47,480 bases of DNA from a virus: the IMG/VR virus record IMGVR_UViG_3300033562_000305; one strand, given 5' to 3'. The notes beneath the pieces were generated by a model that did not search any database, was not told where the DNA came from, and saw nothing but the letters and a program-made list of their open reading frames with translations. A program made the translations under genes and the position numbers. Position 1 is the first letter of the stretch. Each line of letters opens with the position of its first letter. Of this stretch, positions 1 through 8,461 are shown one piece after another.

Positions 1-52
1 AGGCGCACGGCCAGCAGGCGCACGGCCAGCAGGCGCACGGCCAGCAGGCGCC
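1..52. repeat. 15-bp tandem repeat AGGCGCACGGCCAGC, 3 full copies plus a 7-nt partial; nt 1-48 are identical to nt 47433-47480
   Basis: Direct reading: units at 1-15, 16-30 and 31-45, partial at 46-52. The same unit fills 47373-47480. Confidence 0.95.
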
Positions 53-196
53 TCGTACCATGGACCCCCGGCAGGGTACCCCCTGGGGGGGGGCTTTTGC
101 GCCCCGGCCCGGTGCGTAGGGGGGAACCCTCCTCCCCCCGTCCGCACTCCCTCGAACCCTCTTTCCATGCCACGTCATGCCGTGATCCCCCACCCC

Positions 197-258
197 ATAA
201 ATAATTCATCATGTAATTTTTTACCAACAATTTTTTTTCGCATAAATTATTATTCCAT
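197..258. promoter_or_regulatory. AT-rich tract, candidate DNA-unwinding element
   Basis: About 60 nt that are almost entirely A/T (ataaataattcatcatgtaattttttaccaacaattttttttcgcataaattattatt) in an otherwise GC-rich genome, immediately upstream of the two DnaA boxes. Confidence 0.45.
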
Positions 259-271
259 CACTTTGCACAGG

Positions 272-291
272 TTATCCACAGGTTATCCACA
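272..291 (+). promoter_or_regulatory. Two tandem perfect DnaA boxes (TTATCCACA gg TTATCCACA)
   Basis: Exact matches to the bacterial DnaA-box consensus TTATCCACA at 272-280 and 283-291, same orientation, 2-nt spacer. Confidence 0.6.
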
Positions 292-308
292 ACCTTAGCC
301 CCTCCGTC

Positions 309-337
309 TTGCATTTATGCGTCATGTATTGTATGTT
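309..337 (+). promoter_or_regulatory. Candidate sigma70-like promoter for the late (plus-strand) arm
   Basis: TTGCAT (309-314), 17-nt spacer, TATGTT (332-337). It lies about 45 nt upstream of the first plus-strand ATG. The match is only moderate. Confidence 0.35.
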
Positions 338-382
338 TTGCATCTGAAATTGCCCGTAAACCGTCAGGGAAGGAGACACATT

Positions 383-1474
383 ATGGCATTACTGTCAGAT
401 TTACGAAAGAAAAGCGTGTTTTCTCCCTCGAACATCGAGTGCGGACGTGTAATAACCGTCGAAAACCGTGCCGCCACCCGTTATTTCGACATCCAAGAGG
501 AAATCGACCGTGAAAACGGGGTCGAGCGGCCAGAGGGCGGCGTCATTTTCGAGCCCCTCGCCGGAAGTCCGTACTTCATGCCGATAAACCGCAAGGCATA
601 CCATCCCGAGAGCCGGTTCGGGCCGCTTGGCACCTGCCCGCTGTGCAACAACGCGCGGCACGCGGAGTTCGACGCCGCGCTGGCCCGGAAAGTGGGCTCC
701 GTGCCGCCCGAGGGGATGTTCGGCTTTGCACGCGCACTTGTCATCGAGCATATCGCGTGCCACATGGGGCCGGTGTACGCCAGCGCCGGGCTCCGTGCGT
801 GCAAGGTGGCCGGTGTACCGCTGAAGGACGTGAAGGGCGACGTGGGCCGGGCGGTGCGTGCGGCTTTGGCAGAAGAATCGGGACCTGATGACGCCGGGGT
901 GCAGGTGCTTGTACTGGAACCCGGCGAGCGTTCGTGGTACGATGGACCAAAGGCTGGCGGCGACCGGGGTCGGCCCGATCCGTCCCCTCGCCGGGAGCGG
1001 AGCGGAGCGAACGGGATATACGCATACGACGGCAACTCCCCTGCGGGAGCCCTGAAGCCGTGGGAGGATGACAGGGTGGAGACGGAACTGGCAAAACGGA
1101 AGGATGAGGCTATCGTCTTTTACGACGAGATGCTCGACGCGAGGCGCATGGCGCGCCAGATATATGCTGACATCATGGACTCAGACATCGACGCGCTCAA
1201 TGCCGAGCGCGAGGGCGAAAAGGGCGGCAAGTACGTCGAGCGGAACTACTCTGCCGCCATCGCCGCCGTCCGCGAGATACGGTCCATCGCCACTGACATG
1301 GCGAAGCTGGCGCTCATAGCCACCAAGTATTCCGACGGCAAGGAAGCCAAGCGCGTGCTGTCGCCGGTCATGCAGGGCATGATCGACGAGATAGGCGTGT
1401 TTGACGCAGGGGAAGAGAGCCTCGGGGAGCCCGACGAACCCATCGAGGAAGACGATGCCGAGGTCATCGACTAA
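383..1474 (+). CDS. Hypothetical protein, positional candidate for small terminase or a packaging accessory protein
   Basis: Lies within ORF 317-1474. The ATG at 383 follows GGAAGGAGA. Its stop abuts the terL start (TAAATG). The C-terminus is acidic. I recognised no diagnostic motif; the call rests on position only. Confidence 0.55.
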   Translation: MALLSDLRKKSVFSPSNIECGRVITVENRAATRYFDIQEEIDRENGVERPEGGVIFEPLAGSPYFMPINRKAYHPESRFGPLGTCPLCNNARHAEFDAALARKVGSVPPEGMFGFARALVIEHIACHMGPVYASAGLRACKVAGVPLKDVKGDVGRAVRAALAEESGPDDAGVQVLVLEPGERSWYDGPKAGGDRGRPDPSPRRERSGANGIYAYDGNSPAGALKPWEDDRVETELAKRKDEAIVFYDEMLDARRMARQIYADIMDSDIDALNAEREGEKGGKYVERNYSAAIAAVREIRSIATDMAKLALIATKYSDGKEAKRVLSPVMQGMIDEIGVFDAGEESLGEPDEPIEEDDAEVID

Positions 1475-4057
1475 ATGGAGGGATCAAGCGAAACCACGAG
1501 CCGCAGGGAAGCGACCATAGAGCGGTACCGGAAGGTGATCCATGAAGCGCGGGCTTCGGGCGAGGTCGATCTCGTCATGCGGAAGCTCATGCTCTCGGAC
1601 CTGTTCTTCCTCCTCATGTATGGCCTCAACTCCTCGGAGTTCGCCAACAACGACTGGGTGTACGCACGGTGCCGGGAGTTCGAGGCCGACCGCGATGGAC
1701 ACCTCGACCTGTGGCCGCGCGAACATTTCAAGGACTTACCGCTCGATACCCCGATGCTGACACAGAACCGGGGATGGACGACGCACGGAGAACTGGTCGT
1801 GGGTGACTCCGTGTTTTCCCCTTCTGGCAAGCCGGCAAAGGTCATTGCGCTGAGCCCGCGGTATTCCATGAACAGGTGCCTTAAAATCACCTTTCAGGAC
1901 GGCAAGGAAATCACCTGCGGTGAAGGTCACCTATGGCGGGTCAGGGACATAACGAGAGCCCGGCGTGATGAAGCCGGGTACAGGAGTACCGGGCGCTCGG
2001 AACGCGTCGTTGAAGCCAGAGACCTCTGCGCTGGCGACGACATTGGTGCCATCGATGGGCCGGTGGAATACGGGAAGGCTGATCTGCCGGTCCATCCGTA
2101 TGTACTGGGGGCGTGGCTCGGAGATGGACACCGGGCATCGCCGAGGATCACCTGCTCTTATGAAGATATCGACATCCCTATGCGTATAAACCTCTGCGGA
2201 TATCCGGTAAAAGAACAGAAGCCACGCGACGGAAAGACCGGGACATACGCTTTCGGCGGAGGCCTCCGCGGCAAGATGGGGACCGGAATATACCCGCTGT
2301 TCAGGGGGCTTGGCGTTACGCACGAGAAGCATATCCCTGAACAGTACAAGCGGGCATCGGTCGACCAGCGGTTCGACCTCCTGCACGGGCTCATGGATAC
2401 TGACGGAACCTGCAACGAACGGGGAAACGCCTCGTTCTGCAACTCCAGTGAGCGCCTTGCCCGTGACGTGTACGAGCTTGCTGTAGGGCTGGCATTGCGA
2501 CCGAGAATCGCTTTCTACTGGACGAAGTGTAATGGGAAAGGCAAGTTCCCCATGTGGATCGTGTCATTTCAGGCGCACAAGGACAGGAATCCATTCTACC
2601 TCCATCGCAAGGAGCGCCGGGCCATAGAACCGTCTGCGCACCGGGCTTGTCGCCGTGTGGTATCTGTAATGGAAACCGATCCGATGGATACTTCCTGCAT
2701 ACAGGTCGAAGGCGGCATGTATCTGGCTGGACGAGACCTGATCCCAACGCATAACTCAACAATCGTGACGCTTGCCGCCGTAACGCAGGAAATACTGCGA
2801 GACCCGGAAATCACGGTGGGGCTCTTTAGCTTCAATCGGCCCGCGGCCAAGGCGTTCCTCCGGCAGATCAAGCAGAACTTCGAGTCGAACGAGAACCTAA
2901 AGGAGCTGTTCCCTGACATCCTGTACGCTGACCCCGCCAAGGAGTCGCTCAAGTGGAGCGAGGACGACGGCATCATCGTCCGGCGTCGCGGCATCCCAAA
3001 GGAAATGACCGTCGAGGCATGGGGGCTCGTGGACGGCATGCCAACGGGCAAGCACTACAAGCTCATGGTGTACGACGACATTGTAACCAAGGACTCGGTG
3101 ACTTCTCCTGAGATGATCGCCAAGGTCACGGAGGCCGTGTCGCTGTCATTCAACCTCGGGTCCATTCAGGGCAACCGGCGCTGGATGGTAGGCACCCGCT
3201 ACCACATGGCCGACACCTACTCGATGCTCATAAAACGCGGGGCTGTCCAGCTCCGGCTCTACTCGGCCACGAAGAACGGGCAGTTCGACGGCGAGCCGTG
3301 GCTGTTCAGCCCTGACATCCTCGCCGGGAAGATCAGGGACATGGGGACGTATGTCGCCAGTTGCCAGCTCTTCAACAACCCGGTCATGGAGGGTGAACAG
3401 ACCTTCAACCCCGAGTGGATACGGACATGGAGGGCCATCGACTGGCGCGACATGAACCGCTACATCCTTGTGGACCCGTCCGGCGAGAAGAAGAAGAGTT
3501 CCGACTACACGGTCATGGCCGTTGTGGGCCTTGCGTCCGACCAGAACTACTACCTGATCGACATGATCCGCGACAAGCTCACGTTGCAGGAGAAGGCCCA
3601 GAGGCTCCTTGCCCTGCACGCCCAGTACCGGCCCATCGGTGTGGGCTACGAGAAGTACGGCATGCAGTCGGACATCGCGTACATCGAGGAGCGGCAGGAC
3701 CGCGAGAACTACCGCTTCGACATCACGGTCCTCAAAGGCTCCATGCCAAAGAACGACCGTATCAGGCGCATCCAGCCCTTGTTTCAGGATCACCGCTTCT
3801 ACCTGCCCGAGCGCCTCGTGCGCACCGACTATCAGGGGAGGAGCCACGACCTCGTACAGGACTTCATTCAGGAAGAGTTCCTCCAGTTCCCCTACATGAC
3901 GCATGATGATATGCTTGACTGCATATCCAGAATCAGGGACGAGGACTTGCAGACGTTCTTCCCGCGCCCCAACCTGAACCGGCGCGGAGAGCCACTGGAA
4001 GCCGAGGATGAAGAAGGATATGATTACCACACGTTTGATTATCTCGACCGCAAGTGA
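1475..4057 (+). CDS. terL: Terminase large subunit precursor (860 aa; about 519 aa after intein removal)
   Basis: The P-loop PREHFK/ST is interrupted by the intein. There is a Walker-B-like YKLMVYDD and an RNaseH-like nuclease start, ILVDPSGEKKKSSDYTVMAVVG. The gene sits directly upstream of the portal. Confidence 0.92.
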   Translation: MEGSSETTSRREATIERYRKVIHEARASGEVDLVMRKLMLSDLFFLLMYGLNSSEFANNDWVYARCREFEADRDGHLDLWPREHFKDLPLDTPMLTQNRGWTTHGELVVGDSVFSPSGKPAKVIALSPRYSMNRCLKITFQDGKEITCGEGHLWRVRDITRARRDEAGYRSTGRSERVVEARDLCAGDDIGAIDGPVEYGKADLPVHPYVLGAWLGDGHRASPRITCSYEDIDIPMRINLCGYPVKEQKPRDGKTGTYAFGGGLRGKMGTGIYPLFRGLGVTHEKHIPEQYKRASVDQRFDLLHGLMDTDGTCNERGNASFCNSSERLARDVYELAVGLALRPRIAFYWTKCNGKGKFPMWIVSFQAHKDRNPFYLHRKERRAIEPSAHRACRRVVSVMETDPMDTSCIQVEGGMYLAGRDLIPTHNSTIVTLAAVTQEILRDPEITVGLFSFNRPAAKAFLRQIKQNFESNENLKELFPDILYADPAKESLKWSEDDGIIVRRRGIPKEMTVEAWGLVDGMPTGKHYKLMVYDDIVTKDSVTSPEMIAKVTEAVSLSFNLGSIQGNRRWMVGTRYHMADTYSMLIKRGAVQLRLYSATKNGQFDGEPWLFSPDILAGKIRDMGTYVASCQLFNNPVMEGEQTFNPEWIRTWRAIDWRDMNRYILVDPSGEKKKSSDYTVMAVVGLASDQNYYLIDMIRDKLTLQEKAQRLLALHAQYRPIGVGYEKYGMQSDIAYIEERQDRENYRFDITVLKGSMPKNDRIRRIQPLFQDHRFYLPERLVRTDYQGRSHDLVQDFIQEEFLQFPYMTHDDMLDCISRIRDEDLQTFFPRPNLNRRGEPLEAEDEEGYDYHTFDYLDRK
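1733..2755 (+). mobile_element. Intein (341 aa, D87-N427) with LAGLIDADG homing endonuclease, inserted in the terminase P-loop
   Basis: Block A DLPLDTPMLT; block B GEGHLW; LAGLIDADG motifs LGAWLGDGH and LLHGLMDTDGT; block F DTSCIQVEGGMYLAG; C-terminal PTHN followed by +1 Ser (STIVT). Confidence 0.85.
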
Positions 4058-4071
4058 CAGGGGACACGCAC

Positions 4072-5754
4072 ATGGATGACCGCGAGAAAGAGCAGAGCGA
4101 GGCCCAGAAGAAGCTCGTCGAGAAGATCGTTGCGACATTCAACGAGCTGAAAGCCGAACGGAGGCTCTTCGAGCCGATATGGAAGGAAATCACCGACTAC
4201 ATCTACCCGCGCCTCTCTGGGTGGGATTATGTCACCGATTCCGATATCACGGCAGGCGAGAAGATATTCGACGGAACGGCCATTGCGTGCCTGTCGAAGC
4301 TGTCGGATGGCATCTATGGATGGCTCGTGTCCCCCTCCATCGACTGGCTGAAGCTCGTGCCTGCCAAAAAGGCCGACGAGGACAACAAGCCGCTCATGGA
4401 GTACCTGCGGACGGTCCTTCTGTACCTGTACGACGTGTTCAATCGCTCGAACTTCTACGACGCCGCCAGCGAGGCGATCAACACCGGGTGCGCCATCGGC
4501 ACGTCGGTCATCTATGTCGAGGAAGCCGAGCGCCTGCACCGCCCTGTCTACACGTCCCTTCATCCGAGGGAAGTCTACATATCGGAAAACGAGTATCAGG
4601 AAGCGGACGTGCTGTACCGGCTCCTTGAGATGACGGCCCGCCAGTGTGTCGCCACCTTCGGTGATAAAATGAGCGCGAAGTTCACCGAGCAGGCCAACAG
4701 GAAACCGGAAGAGAAGTTCCGCATCCTTCACGCCATCTACCCGCGCGGAACGTTCGGCATCCTGTCCGACTCTAAGCCGTTTGCCTCGGTGTACCTGCTC
4801 ATGGGCAAGGGCTCAGGCGGCGCATCGGGGTCGCAGGCGACACTTATTGAAGAGGGAGGCCTCGACTTCCAGCACTTCGAGGCGTGGCGCTTCCGCCGCA
4901 GTTCAGGCCAGACCTACGGGACATGCCCCGGCATGGACTCCATCTACGACGTAAAGACCATGAACCTCATGGCCAAGACGCTCCTTGACGCGGCCCAGCT
5001 CGCCAGCAGACCCCCGCTGTATGCGCCTGAACACCTGCGCGGCAACATCAAGGTGCGTCCCGGGTCCTACACCTACGGTCCGCAGGGTGGAAAGCCCGAA
5101 CCGATCATCACGACGCTCTCGTACCCCATCGGCATGGACGCCTACGAGCGGCGCGCGGCCATCGTGCGCGAACACTTCAAGACCGACTACTTCCAGTCGA
5201 TCAGCCAGATTCAGCAGAGTTCGCGCGACCGCACCGCCACCGAGATCATGGAAATCAAGGCGGAGTCAGCCGCCGTACTCGGATCGGTGGTCGGGCGCAT
5301 CCAGAGCGAGTTCTTGGAACCCCTCGTCCGCCTCACCCTCCTCATTGAGAAGAAGGCCGGGCGGCTCCCCGCTCCTCCTGCTGGACTCGACCCGGACATC
5401 GAGCTGTCGGTCCAGTTTGTCGGACCACTGGCGCAGGCCCAGCGGAAGTACGTCCGCGTCAACGGATATATGAATGGCCTGTCTCAAGCCATGCAACTGG
5501 CGAACGTCGCCCCGGACATCCTTATGAATTTCGACTTCAACCACGCGGCCCGCGAGATTGCGATTGCCAATGATTACCCGCACGACGGGCTTATCGACAA
5601 GCGCGAGGTGCAGAAGGCACAGGCCGAGGCACAGGCGGCTCGTGCGGCGCAGGCACAGGCCGAGGCCGAAAACCAGCGGCTCGTTGCCGCAGGCGGAGCA
5701 TCGAAGAAGGCTGAAAGCGGAAGCCCGGCTTCCATGGCGTTCGGGAGGGAATAG
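4072..5754 (+). CDS. Portal protein (candidate)
   Basis: ORF 4054-5754. The ATG at 4072 has AGGGGA 7 nt upstream; an alternative GTG at 4054 overlaps the terL stop. The size (about 560 aa) and position right after terL fit a portal. The C-terminus is A/Q/E-rich. Confidence 0.75.
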   Translation: MDDREKEQSEAQKKLVEKIVATFNELKAERRLFEPIWKEITDYIYPRLSGWDYVTDSDITAGEKIFDGTAIACLSKLSDGIYGWLVSPSIDWLKLVPAKKADEDNKPLMEYLRTVLLYLYDVFNRSNFYDAASEAINTGCAIGTSVIYVEEAERLHRPVYTSLHPREVYISENEYQEADVLYRLLEMTARQCVATFGDKMSAKFTEQANRKPEEKFRILHAIYPRGTFGILSDSKPFASVYLLMGKGSGGASGSQATLIEEGGLDFQHFEAWRFRRSSGQTYGTCPGMDSIYDVKTMNLMAKTLLDAAQLASRPPLYAPEHLRGNIKVRPGSYTYGPQGGKPEPIITTLSYPIGMDAYERRAAIVREHFKTDYFQSISQIQQSSRDRTATEIMEIKAESAAVLGSVVGRIQSEFLEPLVRLTLLIEKKAGRLPAPPAGLDPDIELSVQFVGPLAQAQRKYVRVNGYMNGLSQAMQLANVAPDILMNFDFNHAAREIAIANDYPHDGLIDKREVQKAQAEAQAARAAQAQAEAENQRLVAAGGASKKAESGSPASMAFGRE

Positions 5755-5994
5755 ATGATCGGAACCTATGAACAGCGGCGCGAGAAGTGGGTGAACACGT
5801 TCAAGACTCCCGACGGCAAGGAAGTCCTGAAGGAAATACTTGAGGAGTGCCATGTATTTGAGTCGCTTGAGCCCGGCGATACCGGGGCTCTGGCGCTCCG
5901 CAACTACGGGCTGTCGGTTATGGTATTGACCGGCATCCTCGAAGAGACCGAGGACAATGATCCTGTTGCCCGCATGGTGAACATGGTACACTAG
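5755..5994 (+). CDS. Hypothetical small protein between portal and scaffold
   Basis: 79-aa ORF. Its ATG immediately follows the portal stop (TAGATG). Confidence 0.6.
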   Translation: MIGTYEQRREKWVNTFKTPDGKEVLKEILEECHVFESLEPGDTGALALRNYGLSVMVLTGILEETEDNDPVARMVNMVH

Positions 5995-6044
5995 GAATAA
6001 ATCTTCTTGACAATACGATCACATCATGGTAAGGAGTATGGAGC

Positions 6045-6815
6045 ATGAGCATTTTAGACGGAGCCACGATCCCCGAGGGGACAATCAAGGCGACGGAAGG
6101 AGCCGGTGAGGCTGGCCTTCTTGGAACAAAACCGGCTGGGGAGCCGGTCAAGAAGGACGAACCCCAAGCGCCGGAATGGACGAAGGGACTTCCTGAGTCT
6201 CTCAGAAGCTCGAAGAGCCTATACAAGTTTCCAGACGGCACCCACGTCGAGAACCTTGCCAAAAGCTACGTCGAGGCTGAGAAAAAACTCGGACGATCCA
6301 TCGAACTACCCGGAAAAGACGCGACCGACGAAGATCGAGCCAGATTCTTCTCTAGGATCGGGAGACCTCAGAGCCCCGATGATTACGAATTGACAGTAGG
6401 CGACCCTGACCTTTCCAAGGCGTTGCGCAAGGTTGCGTTCGAGAGCGGTCTCACCAAAGAACAGCTCAAGGCGCAGTCGAGCGTCCTGTCGGAGTACGAA
6501 GCCGCGAAAGCCAAGCTGGCATCGCAGTCGTACACCGAAGCGGCAACCAAAGCCGACAGGCAACTGCGGGAAGAGTACGGTGCGCAGTATGACATACGGA
6601 TGGAATACGCCAAGAAGGGATTCGAGGAGCTGTATTCACCTGAGCTTCGCGCCCAGCTTTCAAAGGCAGGGATCACGAACAGCCCGGAGTTCATCCGCGT
6701 CATGTCCGATCTTGGTTCCCAGCTACGCGAGGCGTCCCTCAAGCGAGGGGCTCCGTCGAGCGAAGCCGACCAAGACCCCTACGTCAAGTCGATGGCTTAC
6801 CTCAAGAACCTGTAG
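6045..6815 (+). CDS. Scaffolding protein (candidate)
   Basis: 256 aa, highly charged, helix-prone and K/E-rich. It lies between the portal and the capsid gene, with an AAGGAG RBS. Confidence 0.6.
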   Translation: MSILDGATIPEGTIKATEGAGEAGLLGTKPAGEPVKKDEPQAPEWTKGLPESLRSSKSLYKFPDGTHVENLAKSYVEAEKKLGRSIELPGKDATDEDRARFFSRIGRPQSPDDYELTVGDPDLSKALRKVAFESGLTKEQLKAQSSVLSEYEAAKAKLASQSYTEAATKADRQLREEYGAQYDIRMEYAKKGFEELYSPELRAQLSKAGITNSPEFIRVMSDLGSQLREASLKRGAPSSEADQDPYVKSMAYLKNL

Positions 6816-6852
6816 GTTCCTTGAAGGTAGAAAATACGGAAGGTTTTGACCC

Positions 6853-7851
6853 ATGCCTTTTGCAATAAACACCGCGTATACCCTGCCTGACGTTCTGCGC
6901 ACCCGTGCGCCGAACGGCCAGCACATGTCCGCCGTCGATGTCCTGTCCGGCAAGTACCCCTTCCTCGAAGAGATGTACTTCACCGAGGCCAACGACACCA
7001 CGAGCCACGAGTTCCTGCGGACCACGAGCGAGCCCTCCGGTTCCCTCGTCCGCCTGAACGAAGGTGCGCCCTTCTCTGCGGCCAACGTCGTGCCGGTCCG
7101 CGAGCAGATGGCCCGCCTCGAAGCGAACGCCCAGATTGACGAGCGCATCCTCGTCAAAGCCCCGGACCCCGTGCGCTACCGCCGAGAGCGGGAAGCCATG
7201 CACTTCCGCGGCATGATCAAGCAGTACCACAACCTCGTATTCAAAGGCAAGGTTGCCGATGACGCTCGCGGCATCGACGGCCTTGAGACCCGCTTCGGGA
7301 CACTTGTTGCCGACTCTGTGGTCAGCAATATGGCAACCCCGTCCGGCACCACCCTTTCGTCCATCTGGCTTATCAAGCACGGGCCGGAAGGCTTCTTCGG
7401 ATTCTACCCCAAGGGCTCGACCGCTGGAATCAAGGAAGAGGACTGGGGCCGTGAGACCGCCTATGACAGGGATGGAAATCCCTTCAAGGTACTCCGCACC
7501 CACTGGAGCTGGGAGTTCGGCCTCGGAGTCGCGGACCTCCGCTCGGTAAAGCGCCTCTGCAACATCACTCTCTCCGGCGATAACTCGTTCTTTGAGGATA
7601 GCACCAAGGTCCAGAAGGGCGAGTACGCCCTGATCGATCTCGTCGAGTCTATGCCCGAGGGTTCAACCGATGGTGCGGCGTTCTACTGCGGCCAGAAGAT
7701 GATGGCCCAGTTCCGCAAGCGCCTGAACGACAAGAGTAACGTCAACGTCACTATGGACACCGTATGGGGCCGACCCATGCTTCACTTCATGGGTGTACCC
7801 ATCATCCGCGTTGAAACGCTCACCGCAACCGAGTCGGCTGTCAATTCCTAA
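6853..7851 (+). CDS. Major capsid protein (candidate)
   Basis: 332 aa, located after the scaffold and followed by a stem-loop. Size and position fit an HK97-fold capsid protein. I did no motif-level confirmation. Confidence 0.72.
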   Translation: MPFAINTAYTLPDVLRTRAPNGQHMSAVDVLSGKYPFLEEMYFTEANDTTSHEFLRTTSEPSGSLVRLNEGAPFSAANVVPVREQMARLEANAQIDERILVKAPDPVRYRREREAMHFRGMIKQYHNLVFKGKVADDARGIDGLETRFGTLVADSVVSNMATPSGTTLSSIWLIKHGPEGFFGFYPKGSTAGIKEEDWGRETAYDRDGNPFKVLRTHWSWEFGLGVADLRSVKRLCNITLSGDNSFFEDSTKVQKGEYALIDLVESMPEGSTDGAAFYCGQKMMAQFRKRLNDKSNVNVTMDTVWGRPMLHFMGVPIIRVETLTATESAVNS

Positions 7852-7860
7852 ACCCTAGCC

Positions 7861-7883
7861 CCCGGTCAGTAGCCCTGACCGGG
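7861..7883 (+). terminator. 9-bp stem-loop just after the capsid gene (attenuator or RNA-stabilising hairpin, no U-tract)
   Basis: cccggtcag tagcc ctgaccggg. Confidence 0.35.
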
Positions 7884-7908
7884 ATACCCCTTTAAGGAGG
7901 GACTTTTT

Positions 7909-8334
7909 ATGATAATGGATGCAAAATGGAGGTTCCACGTCAATGGCGCGGCCACGCCCCCGACCCTTGCCAACGAGACGCTCCCGACCACGACCACGGC
8001 GGAATACCTGTCAGACCCCATCGACCTCATAGCCGGTGGCTATGCTGACGGAGGCGGCGATCTGCTCGTAAGGACTCACGTCGTGGCTACCAACGTTACG
8101 CTGGGAAGCGGCTTCACCGTCGCAGTCAAACATTGCGACACCAACAGCGGGACCGCTGGCGACTGGACGGTCGCGGCTTCTTCGGTGACTCCGAAGGCTG
8201 GCATCGTGGCCGGTAAGGAGCTTACCCCGATAGTCCTGCCCCCGAGCCTCAAGCGGTGGATCAAGTTGAGCATCACCGGCACGACTTCAACGGACGGCGC
8301 GACCAGCTTCAAGGCCGGGATCGTCACGAGCTAG
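7909..8334 (+). CDS. Capsid decoration or head-fibre-like protein (candidate)
   Basis: 141 aa, T/G/A-rich and beta-rich, with an AAGGAGG RBS. It sits directly after the capsid gene and before a strong terminator. Confidence 0.5.
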   Translation: MIMDAKWRFHVNGAATPPTLANETLPTTTTAEYLSDPIDLIAGGYADGGGDLLVRTHVVATNVTLGSGFTVAVKHCDTNSGTAGDWTVAASSVTPKAGIVAGKELTPIVLPPSLKRWIKLSITGTTSTDGATSFKAGIVTS

Positions 8335-8365
8335 TCGAAAGACGCTCACCTGTATTGTAAATGCA

Positions 8366-8397
8366 AGCCACCGGGCAACGTACCCGGTGGCTTTTTT
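8366..8397 (+). terminator. Rho-independent terminator
   Basis: agccaccggg caacgta cccggtggct followed by TTTTTT. Confidence 0.85.
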
Positions 8398-8403
8398 ATG
8401 CCC

Positions 8404-8433
8404 TTGCGCCCACGGCACTACAGGTGGTATGCT
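8404..8433 (+). promoter_or_regulatory. Candidate promoter for the tail-gene block
   Basis: TTGCGC, 18-nt spacer, TATGCT. This has the same TTGC..TATG.T shape as the 309-337 candidate. The match is weak. Confidence 0.3.
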
Positions 8434-8461
8434 CGAAGGCAATCCATAGTAGGAGGCGTTC

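Noticed and set aside
1-52. CRISPR array as an explanation for the 15-mer repeats at both ends.
   Set aside because: The units are directly contiguous with no spacers, the unit is only 15 bp, and there are no cas genes.
317-382. The longer start (ATG at 317) for the first plus-strand gene, and similar long ORF-track starts at 37014, 37169, 35287, 41211, 40624, 44006, 44376, 45420, 32742 and 33510.
   Set aside because: In each case an internal start has a proper Shine-Dalgarno sequence or an ATGA/TGATG coupling to the upstream stop. The longer version would overlap the upstream gene, a terminator or a promoter.
3146-4138. Long antisense ORFs: 3146-4138, 8537-9523, 15878-17098, 33529-34380, and 43647-45131 (494 aa).
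   Set aside because: They lie opposite well-supported genes in a GC-rich genome. Their translations are R/G/P/C-rich and low in complexity, with no RBS. The 494-aa one crosses several promoters and intergenic gaps. These are typical shadow ORFs.
6006-6040. Perfect TTGACA upstream of the scaffold gene as a promoter.
   Set aside because: The only -10 candidate at 17-nt spacing (TAAGGA) is weak and overlaps the Shine-Dalgarno sequence. Transcription would then start at or after the RBS.
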